Source: an uncultured Alphaproteobacteria bacterium (lineage in GTDB: Bacteria > Pseudomonadota > Alphaproteobacteria > Rhodobacterales > Rhodobacteraceae). Taken from it: a stretch of DNA of 64,000 nucleotides. Positions 29,282-38,040 of the stretch are shown here, one piece after another. Each line of letters opens with the position of its first letter. Within the stretch, counting starts at the first letter, position 1. The stretch lies in contig CAWFLE010000001.1 of NCBI GenBank assembly GCA_963816545.1, positions 528,745 to 592,744 of the forward strand, read 5' to 3'. The notes beneath the pieces were generated by a model. That model was not told where the DNA came from and did no database searches. It saw only the letters and a list, made by a program, of their open reading frames with translations. The translations under genes and the position numbers were made by a program.

Positions 29282-30194
29282 GGCGCGCGCGCTTCTGGCG
29301 GCGCTGGCTTTGGCCGGGTGCGCGCCCGCCTCTCCGGCGGAAGAACTCGGGCTGCGAGCCATTCCGGCGCAGGCGCAGCTCGCTCAGGGCGCGCAGGCGC
29401 GGCTGCTGGGGATGGTCGAGCTGCGCGCCTCGGACCCGGCCTTCGGCGGCTTCTCCGCGCTGGAGGTCTCTGCCGAAGGCGCGCGGATCGTGGCGCTCTC
29501 GGATCGCGGCGCCTGGCTCACGGCCCGGCTGGCGCGCGAAGGCGACAGGCTTACCGGCCTCAGAGATGCCGCGCTGGTCCCTTTCGGCGAAGATCGCCCG
29601 GTCATCGAGCGTGACTCCGAAGGGCTCGCCATCGCCTCCCGCGACCTGTCCGGCCCCCGCTTCGTCAGCTACGAACGCGACGGCCGGGTGGAGCGGGACG
29701 ACGCCCCCTTCGCCCGCTCACCGGACTGGCGCGACCTCGGCAACACCTCCCTCGAGGGGCTGGCCATCGCGCCCGACGGCCGCCTCCTCGTGCTGCAGGA
29801 GCGGCCCGTGGACGGGCTCATCCGCGGCTGGTGGATCGACCGCGAAGGCGCCGTGTCTCCCACCACCTTGCAGATGGCGGACGCCATGGCCGTCACCGGC
29901 GCGGATTTCGGGCCGGACGGGGCGCTCTACACAGTCACCCGCACCTACAACCTCGTCGCCGGCTTCCGCTTCGGCGTCCGTCGCCACCTGCCCGAGGGGG
30001 ACGGCTTCGGCCTGCCCGAGCCGGTGCTCGACATCCCCTTCGGCGAAGGCGCGGACAACGGAGAGGGGATCGCCCTCTGGCAGCCAGCCGCTGGGCCCCT
30101 CCGCATCCTCGTCATCACCGACGACAACATGAACCTGCTGCAGCGGACCTATCTCTACGAGTTCGAACTGATCCCGCAGGCCGCGGTCCGCTGA
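29271..30194 (+). CDS. Esterase-like activity of phytase family lipoprotein (beta-propeller)
   Basis: Lipobox LAGC, FGGFSAL, LSDRG, DSEGLA, DNGEGI, ITDDNMNLLQRT. Confidence 0.75.
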   Translation: MRTRARALLAALALAGCAPASPAEELGLRAIPAQAQLAQGAQARLLGMVELRASDPAFGGFSALEVSAEGARIVALSDRGAWLTARLAREGDRLTGLRDAALVPFGEDRPVIERDSEGLAIASRDLSGPRFVSYERDGRVERDDAPFARSPDWRDLGNTSLEGLAIAPDGRLLVLQERPVDGLIRGWWIDREGAVSPTTLQMADAMAVTGADFGPDGALYTVTRTYNLVAGFRFGVRRHLPEGDGFGLPEPVLDIPFGEGADNGEGIALWQPAAGPLRILVITDDNMNLLQRTYLYEFELIPQAAVR

Positions 30195-30198
30195 GACC

Positions 30199-31731
30199 TC
30201 AGCCCTCCGGCGCCGACAGGCTCAGCGTTCCCGCGTCCGCCTCGAGGTCCGAGACGTCCAGCGGCCCTGACGGCCGGGCCAGCCGGTTGCGCGTCACCCA
30301 GACCAGCTTCTCCTCCGCCCGGGTGATCGCCACATAAGCGAGGCGCTTCCACAGCGGCAACCCCGCCTCGTTCCGTCCCGTCCGCCACGCGGCATAGAGG
30401 TCGGGCGCATAGACCTGCACCACCGGCCACTGGCTGCCCTGCGCCTTGTGGATCGTCGCCGCGGCGCCGTGCAGAAACGCCGCTCCCATCGAGGCGGCGG
30501 TGGGGATGAACGGCTCCTCCTCGCCCGGCCGCTCGATCTGGATGATGGCCGCGACGTTCACCTTCGGCTCCTCTGCGCCGATGACGTGGATGCGCGCGAA
30601 GCCCGGCTTCCTCCCGGGGCCGAGATAGATGCACTGCGCGCCCTTCACCATCCCGCGCGCCTCCAGGTCGATCCGCTTGCGCCGGTGCTTGAGCGGCAGT
30701 TCCACTCCGTCGCAGATCAGCGGCTCGCCGGGCAGCAGCTCCTCCTCCGGCGCTTCGTGCGCCGCCCGGAAGGCGTGGATCAGCCGGATGCGCGTCTGAT
30801 TGCGCCACACCAGCATCGGGGAGCGCGCCATCAGCCCGGCATCCGCCCGCTCGGCCGCCTCCACACGCGGGTCGCGCCGGCCAGCCTCCTCCACCATCCG
30901 CTCGAACTCCTCGAACCCCACCTCCGGGTCCGAGAGCGCATGGGCGAGATCCAGGATCGGGTTGTCCGCCGCCTGACGGTGGATCCGGCTCAGCGCGATC
31001 CGACGCCCCTCCGGCAGCCGGTCGAACACCATCGCCCCCGACTGTCCCACGGGCGCGAGCTGCGCCGGATCCCCGAACAGCACGATCAGCCGGAACAGGG
31101 CCTTGAGGTCTTCCACCGCCTTGTCGTCCAGCATCGAGGCTTCGTCGACCAGCGCGATGTCCAGCGCCTCGTCCCGCCGGGTCCAGCCGTTGATGAAGTC
31201 GGACCCGCGCTTGCCCATGGCCGCCAACGCGCCCGGCACCGAACCATGCGCCGCATAGCTCGCCTGCGCCCGGTCCAGCAGCTCGTCAGGGATCGTCTCG
31301 ATCTTCGGTCGCTCCGCCTCGCCGGTCAGCCACTGGGCGATGCGCTCATAATCCGGGTCATACATCGGGGTGTAGACGATGCGGTGGATCGTGGTCGCCG
31401 GCACCCCGAGGTTGCGCAGCACCGAGGCCGCCTTGTTCGTGGGCGCGAGCACCGCGAAGGTCCGCCGCCCGCGGCGCTTGCGGCTCTCCCACTCCGCCGA
31501 GACGGGCTCCACGCCGGCCTCCGACAGCTCCCGCACCAACCCCGCCAGCAGCCGCGTCTTGCCGGATCCCGCCCGGCCCAGCACCGCCAGCGTCTGCGCC
31601 GGCCGGTCGTTGTCCAGCTCCTCGGCCGAGCCGGCCTCCAGGTCCACGCCCAGCGAGGCGAGCGCCTCGGCCACCAGCGCGCGGGCGGCCTTCTGGTCGG
31701 CGGAGAAAGGTACGATCTGCGCGCGGGTCAT
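30199..31731 (-). CDS. RecD-like superfamily I ATP-dependent helicase
   Basis: GRAGSGKT, LAPTNKAA, TTIHR, VDEASM, GDPAQLAPV, TIHKAQGSQW, YVAITRA. Confidence 0.88.
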   Translation of the reverse strand: MTRAQIVPFSADQKAARALVAEALASLGVDLEAGSAEELDNDRPAQTLAVLGRAGSGKTRLLAGLVRELSEAGVEPVSAEWESRKRRGRRTFAVLAPTNKAASVLRNLGVPATTIHRIVYTPMYDPDYERIAQWLTGEAERPKIETIPDELLDRAQASYAAHGSVPGALAAMGKRGSDFINGWTRRDEALDIALVDEASMLDDKAVEDLKALFRLIVLFGDPAQLAPVGQSGAMVFDRLPEGRRIALSRIHRQAADNPILDLAHALSDPEVGFEEFERMVEEAGRRDPRVEAAERADAGLMARSPMLVWRNQTRIRLIHAFRAAHEAPEEELLPGEPLICDGVELPLKHRRKRIDLEARGMVKGAQCIYLGPGRKPGFARIHVIGAEEPKVNVAAIIQIERPGEEEPFIPTAASMGAAFLHGAAATIHKAQGSQWPVVQVYAPDLYAAWRTGRNEAGLPLWKRLAYVAITRAEEKLVWVTRNRLARPSGPLDVSDLEADAGTLSLSAPEG

Positions 31732-31795
31732 GCCGTCTCCGGTCCGGTCGGGGGCTCGGCCCCGACACCTAGACCGGAACGACGGCGGAGGGAAC

Positions 31796-32443
31796 TCAGG
31801 CCGCCATCGCCTGCGGCCGCGGCGCCGCCTTCGCCACCGGCGCCGGGATCTTCATCAGCTCCAGGCCCTCCGGCGCCTTCGCCAGGATCGCGGCCCGCGC
31901 CTCCCGCGTGATCTCCCACAGCCCGAGGCACAGCTTGCCGCGGCCTTCGCCGTCCTCGGCGATCACCTCGGGCGCCCAGCCGGTGGCGCGGTAGATCCGC
32001 CGCATGGGCGCGTCGAAGACCGCCACATAGTGGCTGAGCCCGAACTTCAGCCCCACCTCGCACCCCGCCAGCATCAGCGCGGTGGAGATCCGCGCCGCCG
32101 CCGACTGCTTGCCCATCAGCCGCGGCGACACGCAGAACCGGGTCGATTCCCACATCAGCGGCGACACCAGTTCCCCCCCCGCCAGATGCGAGAAATGCTC
32201 GTTCACCATGGTCGGCCCCGTGGTCGGCATCAGCCGACCGGAACCGCCATGGGTGCCATCCTCACGCTCGTAGATGCAGTAGAGCGAATCGGGCCGGTCG
32301 TACTGGTCGTATTCCCACCCGTTGTCGTCCACACGGACATCCCACTTCAGCCGCGAGACGAACTGCCCCGCGCGATCCCGAAACATGGTTTCGGCGAGCA
32401 GCGGGTAGGACGACAGATCTTTTCCGTAGATGAAACGGATCAT
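31796..32443 (-). CDS. Acyl-homoserine lactone synthase (LuxI family), second copy
   Basis: MFRDRAGQFVSRLKW, EYDQYD, GSGRLMPT, WESTRFC, VAVFD; AAGGAG RBS. Confidence 0.93.
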   Translation of the reverse strand: MIRFIYGKDLSSYPLLAETMFRDRAGQFVSRLKWDVRVDDNGWEYDQYDRPDSLYCIYEREDGTHGGSGRLMPTTGPTMVNEHFSHLAGGELVSPLMWESTRFCVSPRLMGKQSAAARISTALMLAGCEVGLKFGLSHYVAVFDAPMRRIYRATGWAPEVIAEDGEGRGKLCLGLWEITREARAAILAKAPEGLELMKIPAPVAKAAPRPQAMAA

Positions 32444-32488
32444 GGCGGCGCTCCTTCTGAGGGGAGCGGCGCCCATACTCACGGCCGA

Positions 32489-32503
32489 TTAAATCAAAGT
32501 TAA
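32489..32503 (-). promoter_or_regulatory. Putative CtrA box upstream of the second luxI
   Basis: TTAA-ATCAAAG-TTAA (TTAA-N7-TTAA), about 45 bp upstream of the start codon. Confidence 0.7.
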
Positions 32504-32530
32504 TTGGTGAAGGATTTTCCGGGCCGGGTT

Positions 32531-33256
32531 TCAGACCTTTATGCTGCCGCTTCGGACGGCGATGGCGACGGCATGAAAGGCGTTCAGGCCGCCCAGCTTG
32601 TGGCGCGCGCTGTCCAGATACACGCGCAGCGTGCTCTCCGAAATCTTCAGCTTGTCCGCGATCTGCGCGCGGGAGCGGCCCATCGCCATCAGGCTCAGCG
32701 CGTCTCTTTCCCGTGGCGACAGCGCCGCCGGAGGGGTCGCCTCGCCCGCGCCGTTGATCTGCAGCGCCTGCCGGTGGACGTGGTGCGCGATCACGAGGAA
32801 TTCCTGCGCCGTCTCCAGCAGCAGCTTCGCCCACGCCTCGAGAGCGCAGTGCTTCGAAACCGTGAACATCGCGAACTGACCGTTGGGCCCGTGGATAGGT
32901 ATTGTGTAGCCGTTGTTCCCCACCCGGAACTCGCTCGCCTCCGCCAGCAGCCGGCGCACCGGCCGCCCCGTCCAGTCCAGGTCCGCCCAGTCCAGCGGCG
33001 CGAAGCCGCCGGCCGCAGCCATGACAACCGGATCGAAATCCCGGTAGCGGACCTCTTCATAGCGGGAATGCCAGGCTTCAGGGTAGGTCATCGCCCCGAA
33101 CTCGGCGCCCACCTGCGCGCCGCCAAGCGACAGGGCGTAATAGATGCAGTTGTCGATGTCGTAGAGCTTCCGGACCTGGAGCAGCAGGCGCTTCAGCGCC
33201 GCCGCGTCCACCACCTGGGGAACGCATTCCACGATCGTCTGAAGCCTGTCTCTCAT
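32531..33256 (-). CDS. LuxR-family AHL receptor, second copy
   Basis: TYPEAW..RY....Y...DPVV.........LDW, GNNG, C-terminal HTH LSPRERDAL...ISESTLRVYLDSARHKLG. Confidence 0.92.
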   Translation of the reverse strand: MRDRLQTIVECVPQVVDAAALKRLLLQVRKLYDIDNCIYYALSLGGAQVGAEFGAMTYPEAWHSRYEEVRYRDFDPVVMAAAGGFAPLDWADLDWTGRPVRRLLAEASEFRVGNNGYTIPIHGPNGQFAMFTVSKHCALEAWAKLLLETAQEFLVIAHHVHRQALQINGAGEATPPAALSPRERDALSLMAMGRSRAQIADKLKISESTLRVYLDSARHKLGGLNAFHAVAIAVRSGSIKV

Positions 33257-33415
33257 GCCCGTCCGCCTCCACCCGCCGGCTTCCGGTGAAGCGTCGGGGG
33301 CGTGCGGACCCGGCCTGAGCCGCGCCTGCGGCCGCACGCGCGACCTGCTCCCCGGTTCCGGAAGCGCGGCCGGCAGCCTCGCCTCGTTCCGTTGGAGCAG
33401 CTTTCGTAGAGAAAG

Positions 33416-33431
33416 GTTAATGCAACTTTAA
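33416..33431 (-). promoter_or_regulatory. Putative CtrA box upstream of the second luxR
   Basis: Minus strand TTAA-AGTTGCA-TTAAC is an exact TTAA-N7-TTAAC match in an AT-rich patch. Confidence 0.75.
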
Positions 33432-33552
33432 ATTGATCTTTTGATAAATCGGCGCTGCTCCGGTCGCCGTCAGGGCGCCGGAGGCTCGGCGCCGGAGCCC
33501 TCCGGCGCGCAAGTATTCGCGGCGCGCACCAAGTAGAGCGCGCGCCGGGCGA

Positions 33553-33810
33553 TCAGCGGCTCCGGGTCAGACCGGGCCGGAAAATACTTCGTCTCCCTGT
33601 CCGAAAATCGCCCGGAGCTGCGCTGCAGCGCTCGCTGCGCGCCCCGGGATCACCCGGGGATCGACGATCCGGTCCGAAATCGGCCGCGCGAATCTCTGCC
33701 GCCGCGACCATGATCGCGTCGTCGAGATGCTCGGCCAGCCGCATGTGATAGTTCCGGACGGCGTACTGCCGGAGGTCGGCGAGCACGTCGATGATCCAGT
33801 CCTGAGCCAT
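33553..33810 (-). CDS. Small hypothetical protein between the two luxRI pairs
   Basis: GGAGG RBS; amphipathic helical N-terminus MAQDWIIDVLADLRQYAVRNYHMRLAEHLDDAIMVAAAEI, low-complexity tail. Confidence 0.7.
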   Translation of the reverse strand: MAQDWIIDVLADLRQYAVRNYHMRLAEHLDDAIMVAAAEIRAADFGPDRRSPGDPGARSERCSAAPGDFRTGRRSIFRPGLTRSR

Positions 33811-33923
33811 TTAAAGCCCTCCAAATCCGCCTGTTTCCGGCCGTTCCGGAAGCGCTCGGGCGCCTCCGTCCGTCCTGATGCAACATCGGACATATCGAGC
33901 TTTCGCGGTATTCGCCGAATCTC

Positions 33924-33943
33924 CCTCCCCACATCTGGCGAGG
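33924..33943. promoter_or_regulatory. Putative lux-box-like palindrome
   Basis: CCTCCCCACATCTGGCGAGG, 20 bp with 8 of 10 symmetric pairs, about 115 bp upstream of the small ORF. Confidence 0.45.
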
Positions 33944-34363
33944 CGATTTCCGTCAAGCCCTTGGTTTCGCTGGGGCAGCGTTCAGATGTCTGAGGCCTCC
34001 CTCCCTTCTCCAACATGATTCGGTGGCTCGTCGTCCGCGCTCGGCCACGGGACGGCGCGGCGCGGGACGAAGAGCGGCGACCGTGTACGGACACGGGTTT
34101 CGGGCGCGTCTCCGGGCTGGCGGCGCACAGCGCCGGCCCGGCCTTCGTGGAGATGCGGATATTCGTCGACTTGAGGTGGCGGGGAACTGGAGGCCCGCGA
34201 GATCCCCGCCCGGGCGCAGCGGGCGCCCAGGGCCGGAGATGGCGCGATCAAAAGCGATGCGCGCGGAAGAAGAAGTTAAGCGAACGCCCACCGGGGGTCT
34301 CCGGTCCGCGGGCCAATGCCTTCGCGGACCGGAGGGGCTGTCTCCCGTTCGGGCGCGAAGCGA

Positions 34364-34993
34364 TCAGGCGCCGATCACATGCTCCAGACGGGCGGCGGCT
34401 GCGGCGATGTCCTGGTGCTCCTCGACCTTGCGAGCCATGCTGTCCCGGACTTCCTGGGTGCAGGGCCACAGGCCGGCGCAGATCGCGCGACGGTCCTCAC
34501 CGGACTTGCCCATGACGTCGGGGGCGAAATCCAGGCGCTTGTAGACGCGCAGCATCGGCTCGTCGAACACGCCGACATAGAATTCCAGGCCGAAGCGGAG
34601 GCCCGCGTCGATCCCTGCCAGCAGCAGCGAGCTGGTGATCTTCATCGCCTCGCGCGCCGACTTCACGTTCGGCGAGATGCAGAGCCGCGTGATCTCCCAG
34701 ATCGTCGGCGACTGAATCACGACGCCGTCCGTGAGGTGCGAGAAATGCTCGCCGATCATGGTGCGGCCGGTGGTAGGCATCAGACGACCCGACCCGCCAT
34801 GCGTCCCATCCTCGTTTTCATAGACGATGTAGAGGGGCGCCAAAGCATCGTACTGGTCCCGCTCCCATCCGTTTTCATCGACAGAGACATCCCACTTCAT
34901 CCGATCACGGAATTGGGAGGTCCTGTCCTTGAACATCTGATCGACGAGTCCAGGATACTTGTTCAGTTCGTGTGCGAACACGTAGCGGATCAT
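34364..34993 (-). CDS. Acyl-homoserine lactone synthase (LuxI family), first copy
   Basis: MFKDRTSQFRDRMKW, ERDQYD, GSGRLMPT, WEITRLC, VGVFD; GAGGAGG RBS. Confidence 0.93.
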   Translation of the reverse strand: MIRYVFAHELNKYPGLVDQMFKDRTSQFRDRMKWDVSVDENGWERDQYDALAPLYIVYENEDGTHGGSGRLMPTTGRTMIGEHFSHLTDGVVIQSPTIWEITRLCISPNVKSAREAMKITSSLLLAGIDAGLRFGLEFYVGVFDEPMLRVYKRLDFAPDVMGKSGEDRRAICAGLWPCTQEVRDSMARKVEEHQDIAAAAARLEHVIGA

Positions 34994-35085
34994 GGTTACA
35001 CCCTCCTCGAGAAAGACAGTAGCCATGAGTTCACACGGGTCTGCTGAACCTATGGTGAACGGAATACCAACTTTCGGAGGCTATA

Positions 35086-35817
35086 CTAGATGTTAATTAT
35101 GCCTGTTCGCACCGCTATTGCGACAGCATGGGGCATGTTCAGACCGCCAAGCTTGTTCCTGGCACTGTCCAAATAAACCCTGAGGGTATTTTCAGAGATC
35201 TTCAGGTTCTCGGCGATCTGATTACGGCTCATGCCCGATGAGATCATCGCAAGGGCGTCCCGTTCCCTTGGCGACAACGCGGCGAGTTCGTGCTCATTGC
35301 GAACGTCGAATATCTCGAGCACCTTCTGATGCATGAAATTCGCGACGAGCAGCCAGTCGCTCGCGGTCTCGGCGATGTACCGCTCCCAGACCCGATCCGT
35401 ACACGTCTTGTTTATGGTAAGGACGGCGAACTGCCCATTCGGCCCCCGGACGGGGACCGTATAGCCCTGATTGCCGACGCCGGCGTCGACAGCTTCGAGG
35501 ATCAGCTTCCTCCGGCGCTTCGGGCTCCAGTCGAGCCGCTTCCAATCGAGCGGCGTAAAGCTCTGCACAGCTCCGACGACCGTGGGGTCCGCCTCCTTGT
35601 AGTTCTCCTCCAGATAACGCTGCGACCAGTCCGCCCGGTAGGTGATCTCGGCGAACTGATAGTCTCCGAACGTCGCGCCCCCCCCGAAAGAGACGACGAC
35701 GTATACGACATGGTCGACGTCGTAGACGTCCCGGACAAGATCGGCGAAAAGCCGGATATCCTCAACTTTCCGGAACTCCGGAAGGCCCTCGATGATTGAT
35801 TTTATTCGGTCGGTCAT
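35086..35817 (-). CDS. LuxR-family AHL receptor, first copy
   Basis: TYRADW..RY....Y...DPTV.........LDW, GNQG, HTH LSPRERDAL...ISENTLRVYLDSARNKLG. Confidence 0.92.
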   Translation of the reverse strand: MTDRIKSIIEGLPEFRKVEDIRLFADLVRDVYDVDHVVYVVVSFGGGATFGDYQFAEITYRADWSQRYLEENYKEADPTVVGAVQSFTPLDWKRLDWSPKRRRKLILEAVDAGVGNQGYTVPVRGPNGQFAVLTINKTCTDRVWERYIAETASDWLLVANFMHQKVLEIFDVRNEHELAALSPRERDALAMISSGMSRNQIAENLKISENTLRVYLDSARNKLGGLNMPHAVAIAVRTGIINI

Positions 35818-36402
35818 CTGTGGCGGCGGGATTTCCAGCCTTTTGGAGGCCCAAATCAGCGTTTCGCGGGAGCATAACCTCCCTGCGCGCCGGACGCCAT
35901 GTCATCCGATCGCCATATGACGCTCTTTACGCCGGAACCAATTCGGCCCATCGGCGGATAGGGAGGCAGCCGGAGCGATCCATAAGTGGGGATCGTACGC
36001 AGAACGCAGGAGCAACCCGCGATCCCCGGTAAACGCAACGCTGGATGCGCCCCGGCTGCAGTTTCAATCCGGAAAGACGGGCCGGCTGGCGCCGATACCG
36101 CCTGGGGAGAGCGGTCGACGCCGGGGCTGATGGCATGGTCGTCGGCGCTGGGGTGTCGCCTTCGCCCTTTCGCCGGCTGGGGAAATCCGGCGTCCATCAA
36201 ACGGGGTGGGGTTCCCCCGATCGCCCCTTGCCGGCCTCGGTGTGCAGTTCCGGACCTGGCACGCTGTTTATCTTCGGTTCGAACCCTTTTGCGGTTTAGC
36301 CATGAACACGAAGGTACGGGTTCTGCGCCTCAATGAAATTCCCCCAAAAATGCGAGGAGGGCCGAGCCAAGTCATTGATTTCACTGAAGTGAACTGTTTC
36401 TG

Positions 36403-36441
36403 AAACGAAAGGCCCGGCAAATCCCCAGGATTCGCCGGGCT
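36403..36441 (-). terminator. Intrinsic terminator after ccrA
   Basis: Minus strand AGCCCGGCGAATCC-TGG-GGATTTGCCGGGCC-TTTCGTTT. Confidence 0.7.
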
Positions 36442-36469
36442 TGCCGAACTCGGTTCGGGCGCGCTCGCC

Positions 36470-37762
36470 TCAGCGGCGGGAGGCCTCCAGCGCATCCTCG
36501 AACGTGCGCAGGCCGGTGGTCCTGGCGCTGACCAGCACCGCCATGTTCCCGGGCTTGTGCTCGTTCTTCAGCATCTTGGTGTGGGCCGCCGGGATGTCGT
36601 CGAACGGGAACACCTCGGACATGCAGGGATCGAGCCGCCTCTCCACCATCAGCTTGTTCGCGGCCGACGCCTGCTTGAGGTTCGCGAAGTGGCTTCCCTG
36701 AAGCCGCTTCTGGTGCATCCACAGATAGCGGGCGTCCAGCGTCAGGTTGTAGCCCGTCGTCCCGGCGCAGATCACCACCATGCCCCCACGCTTCACCACG
36801 AAGGTGGAGACGGGGATCGTGGACTCGCCCGGATGCTCGAACACCATGTCGACGTTGTTACCCTTGCCGGTGATCTCCCAGATCGCGGCGCCGAACTTCC
36901 GCGCGCCCTTGAACCACTCGGCATATTCGGGCGTGCCGACCTTCGGCATCTGGCCCCAGCACTCGAAGTCCTTGCGGTTCAGAACGCCCTTCGCGCCCAG
37001 ATCCAGCACGAACTGCCGCTTGCTCTCATCCGAGATCACGCCGATCGCGTTCGCGCCCGCCGTGTTGATGAGCTGGATCGCATAGGACCCGAGCCCGCCC
37101 GAGGCGCCCCACACCAGCACGTTGTCGCCCGGCTTGAGGATATGCGGCCGGTGCCCGAACAGCATCCGGTAGGCGGTGGCCAGCGTCAGCGTGTAGCAGG
37201 CCAACTCCTCCCAGGTCAGGTGCTGGGGCCGCGCCATCAGCTGCTGGCTCTGCACCCGCGTGAACTGGGCGAAAGACCCATCCGGCGTCTCGTATCCCCA
37301 GATCCGCTGGGTGGGCGAGAACATCGGGTCGCCGCCGTTGCACTCCTCGTCGTCGCCGTCGTCCTGGTTGCAGTGGACCACGACCTGATCGCCGATCTTC
37401 CAGCGCTTCACCTTGTCCCCGACCGCCCAGACGATGCCCGAGGCATCCGACCCGGCGATATGGAACTCCGCCTTGTGCACGTCGAACGGCGAAATCGGCT
37501 GCCCGAGCCCCGCCCAGACGCCGTTGTAGTTCACGCCGGCAGCCATCACGAACACCAGCACCTCGTTGGAATCGAGGGGCGGCGTGTCCACGACCTCGAC
37601 CTTCATGGCCTGCTCGGGCTCGCCATGTCGCTCGCGCCGGATGGCCCAGGCGTACATCTGCTTGGGCACGTGGCCCAGCGGGGGGATCTCCCCCACTTCG
37701 TACAGATCCTTCACCGGCGCCTCGTAGGCTTCGATGGTCTCGGGGGCGTCGAGCGGGGCCAT
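36470..37762 (-). CDS. ccrA: Crotonyl-CoA carboxylase/reductase
   Basis: [62 protein letters not shown]. Confidence 0.95.
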   Translation of the reverse strand: MAPLDAPETIEAYEAPVKDLYEVGEIPPLGHVPKQMYAWAIRRERHGEPEQAMKVEVVDTPPLDSNEVLVFVMAAGVNYNGVWAGLGQPISPFDVHKAEFHIAGSDASGIVWAVGDKVKRWKIGDQVVVHCNQDDGDDEECNGGDPMFSPTQRIWGYETPDGSFAQFTRVQSQQLMARPQHLTWEELACYTLTLATAYRMLFGHRPHILKPGDNVLVWGASGGLGSYAIQLINTAGANAIGVISDESKRQFVLDLGAKGVLNRKDFECWGQMPKVGTPEYAEWFKGARKFGAAIWEITGKGNNVDMVFEHPGESTIPVSTFVVKRGGMVVICAGTTGYNLTLDARYLWMHQKRLQGSHFANLKQASAANKLMVERRLDPCMSEVFPFDDIPAAHTKMLKNEHKPGNMAVLVSARTTGLRTFEDALEASRR

Positions 37763-38040
37763 GGTCGGTCTCCTTCCGTCCGGCGAGGCGAAAACGCGCG
37801 CGCAACATTGTTGCGAATTTCACTGGCGCGGAGGCATGACATTGCTCCCGCGCGAACGCAAGCCCTTTGTGCGGCGCACCATTTTCATCTACAACCCCGT
37901 CGAGGGCGAGGAGTTGCGCGCCGCGACTTCGTGGCCTTCTGGAAACTTCCCGCCTCTCCGCCTATCCTCTTGCGCAAGATCATGTCGCGTGACATTTCCG
38001 CTGCGTCGCAGCAGAGCGCAAACGCCCCGGAGGCCCCACG

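Noticed and set aside
35062-35084. Lux box before the first luxI (ATACCAACTTTCGGAGG)
   Set aside because: Position is plausible but the dyad symmetry is too weak to call from sequence alone.
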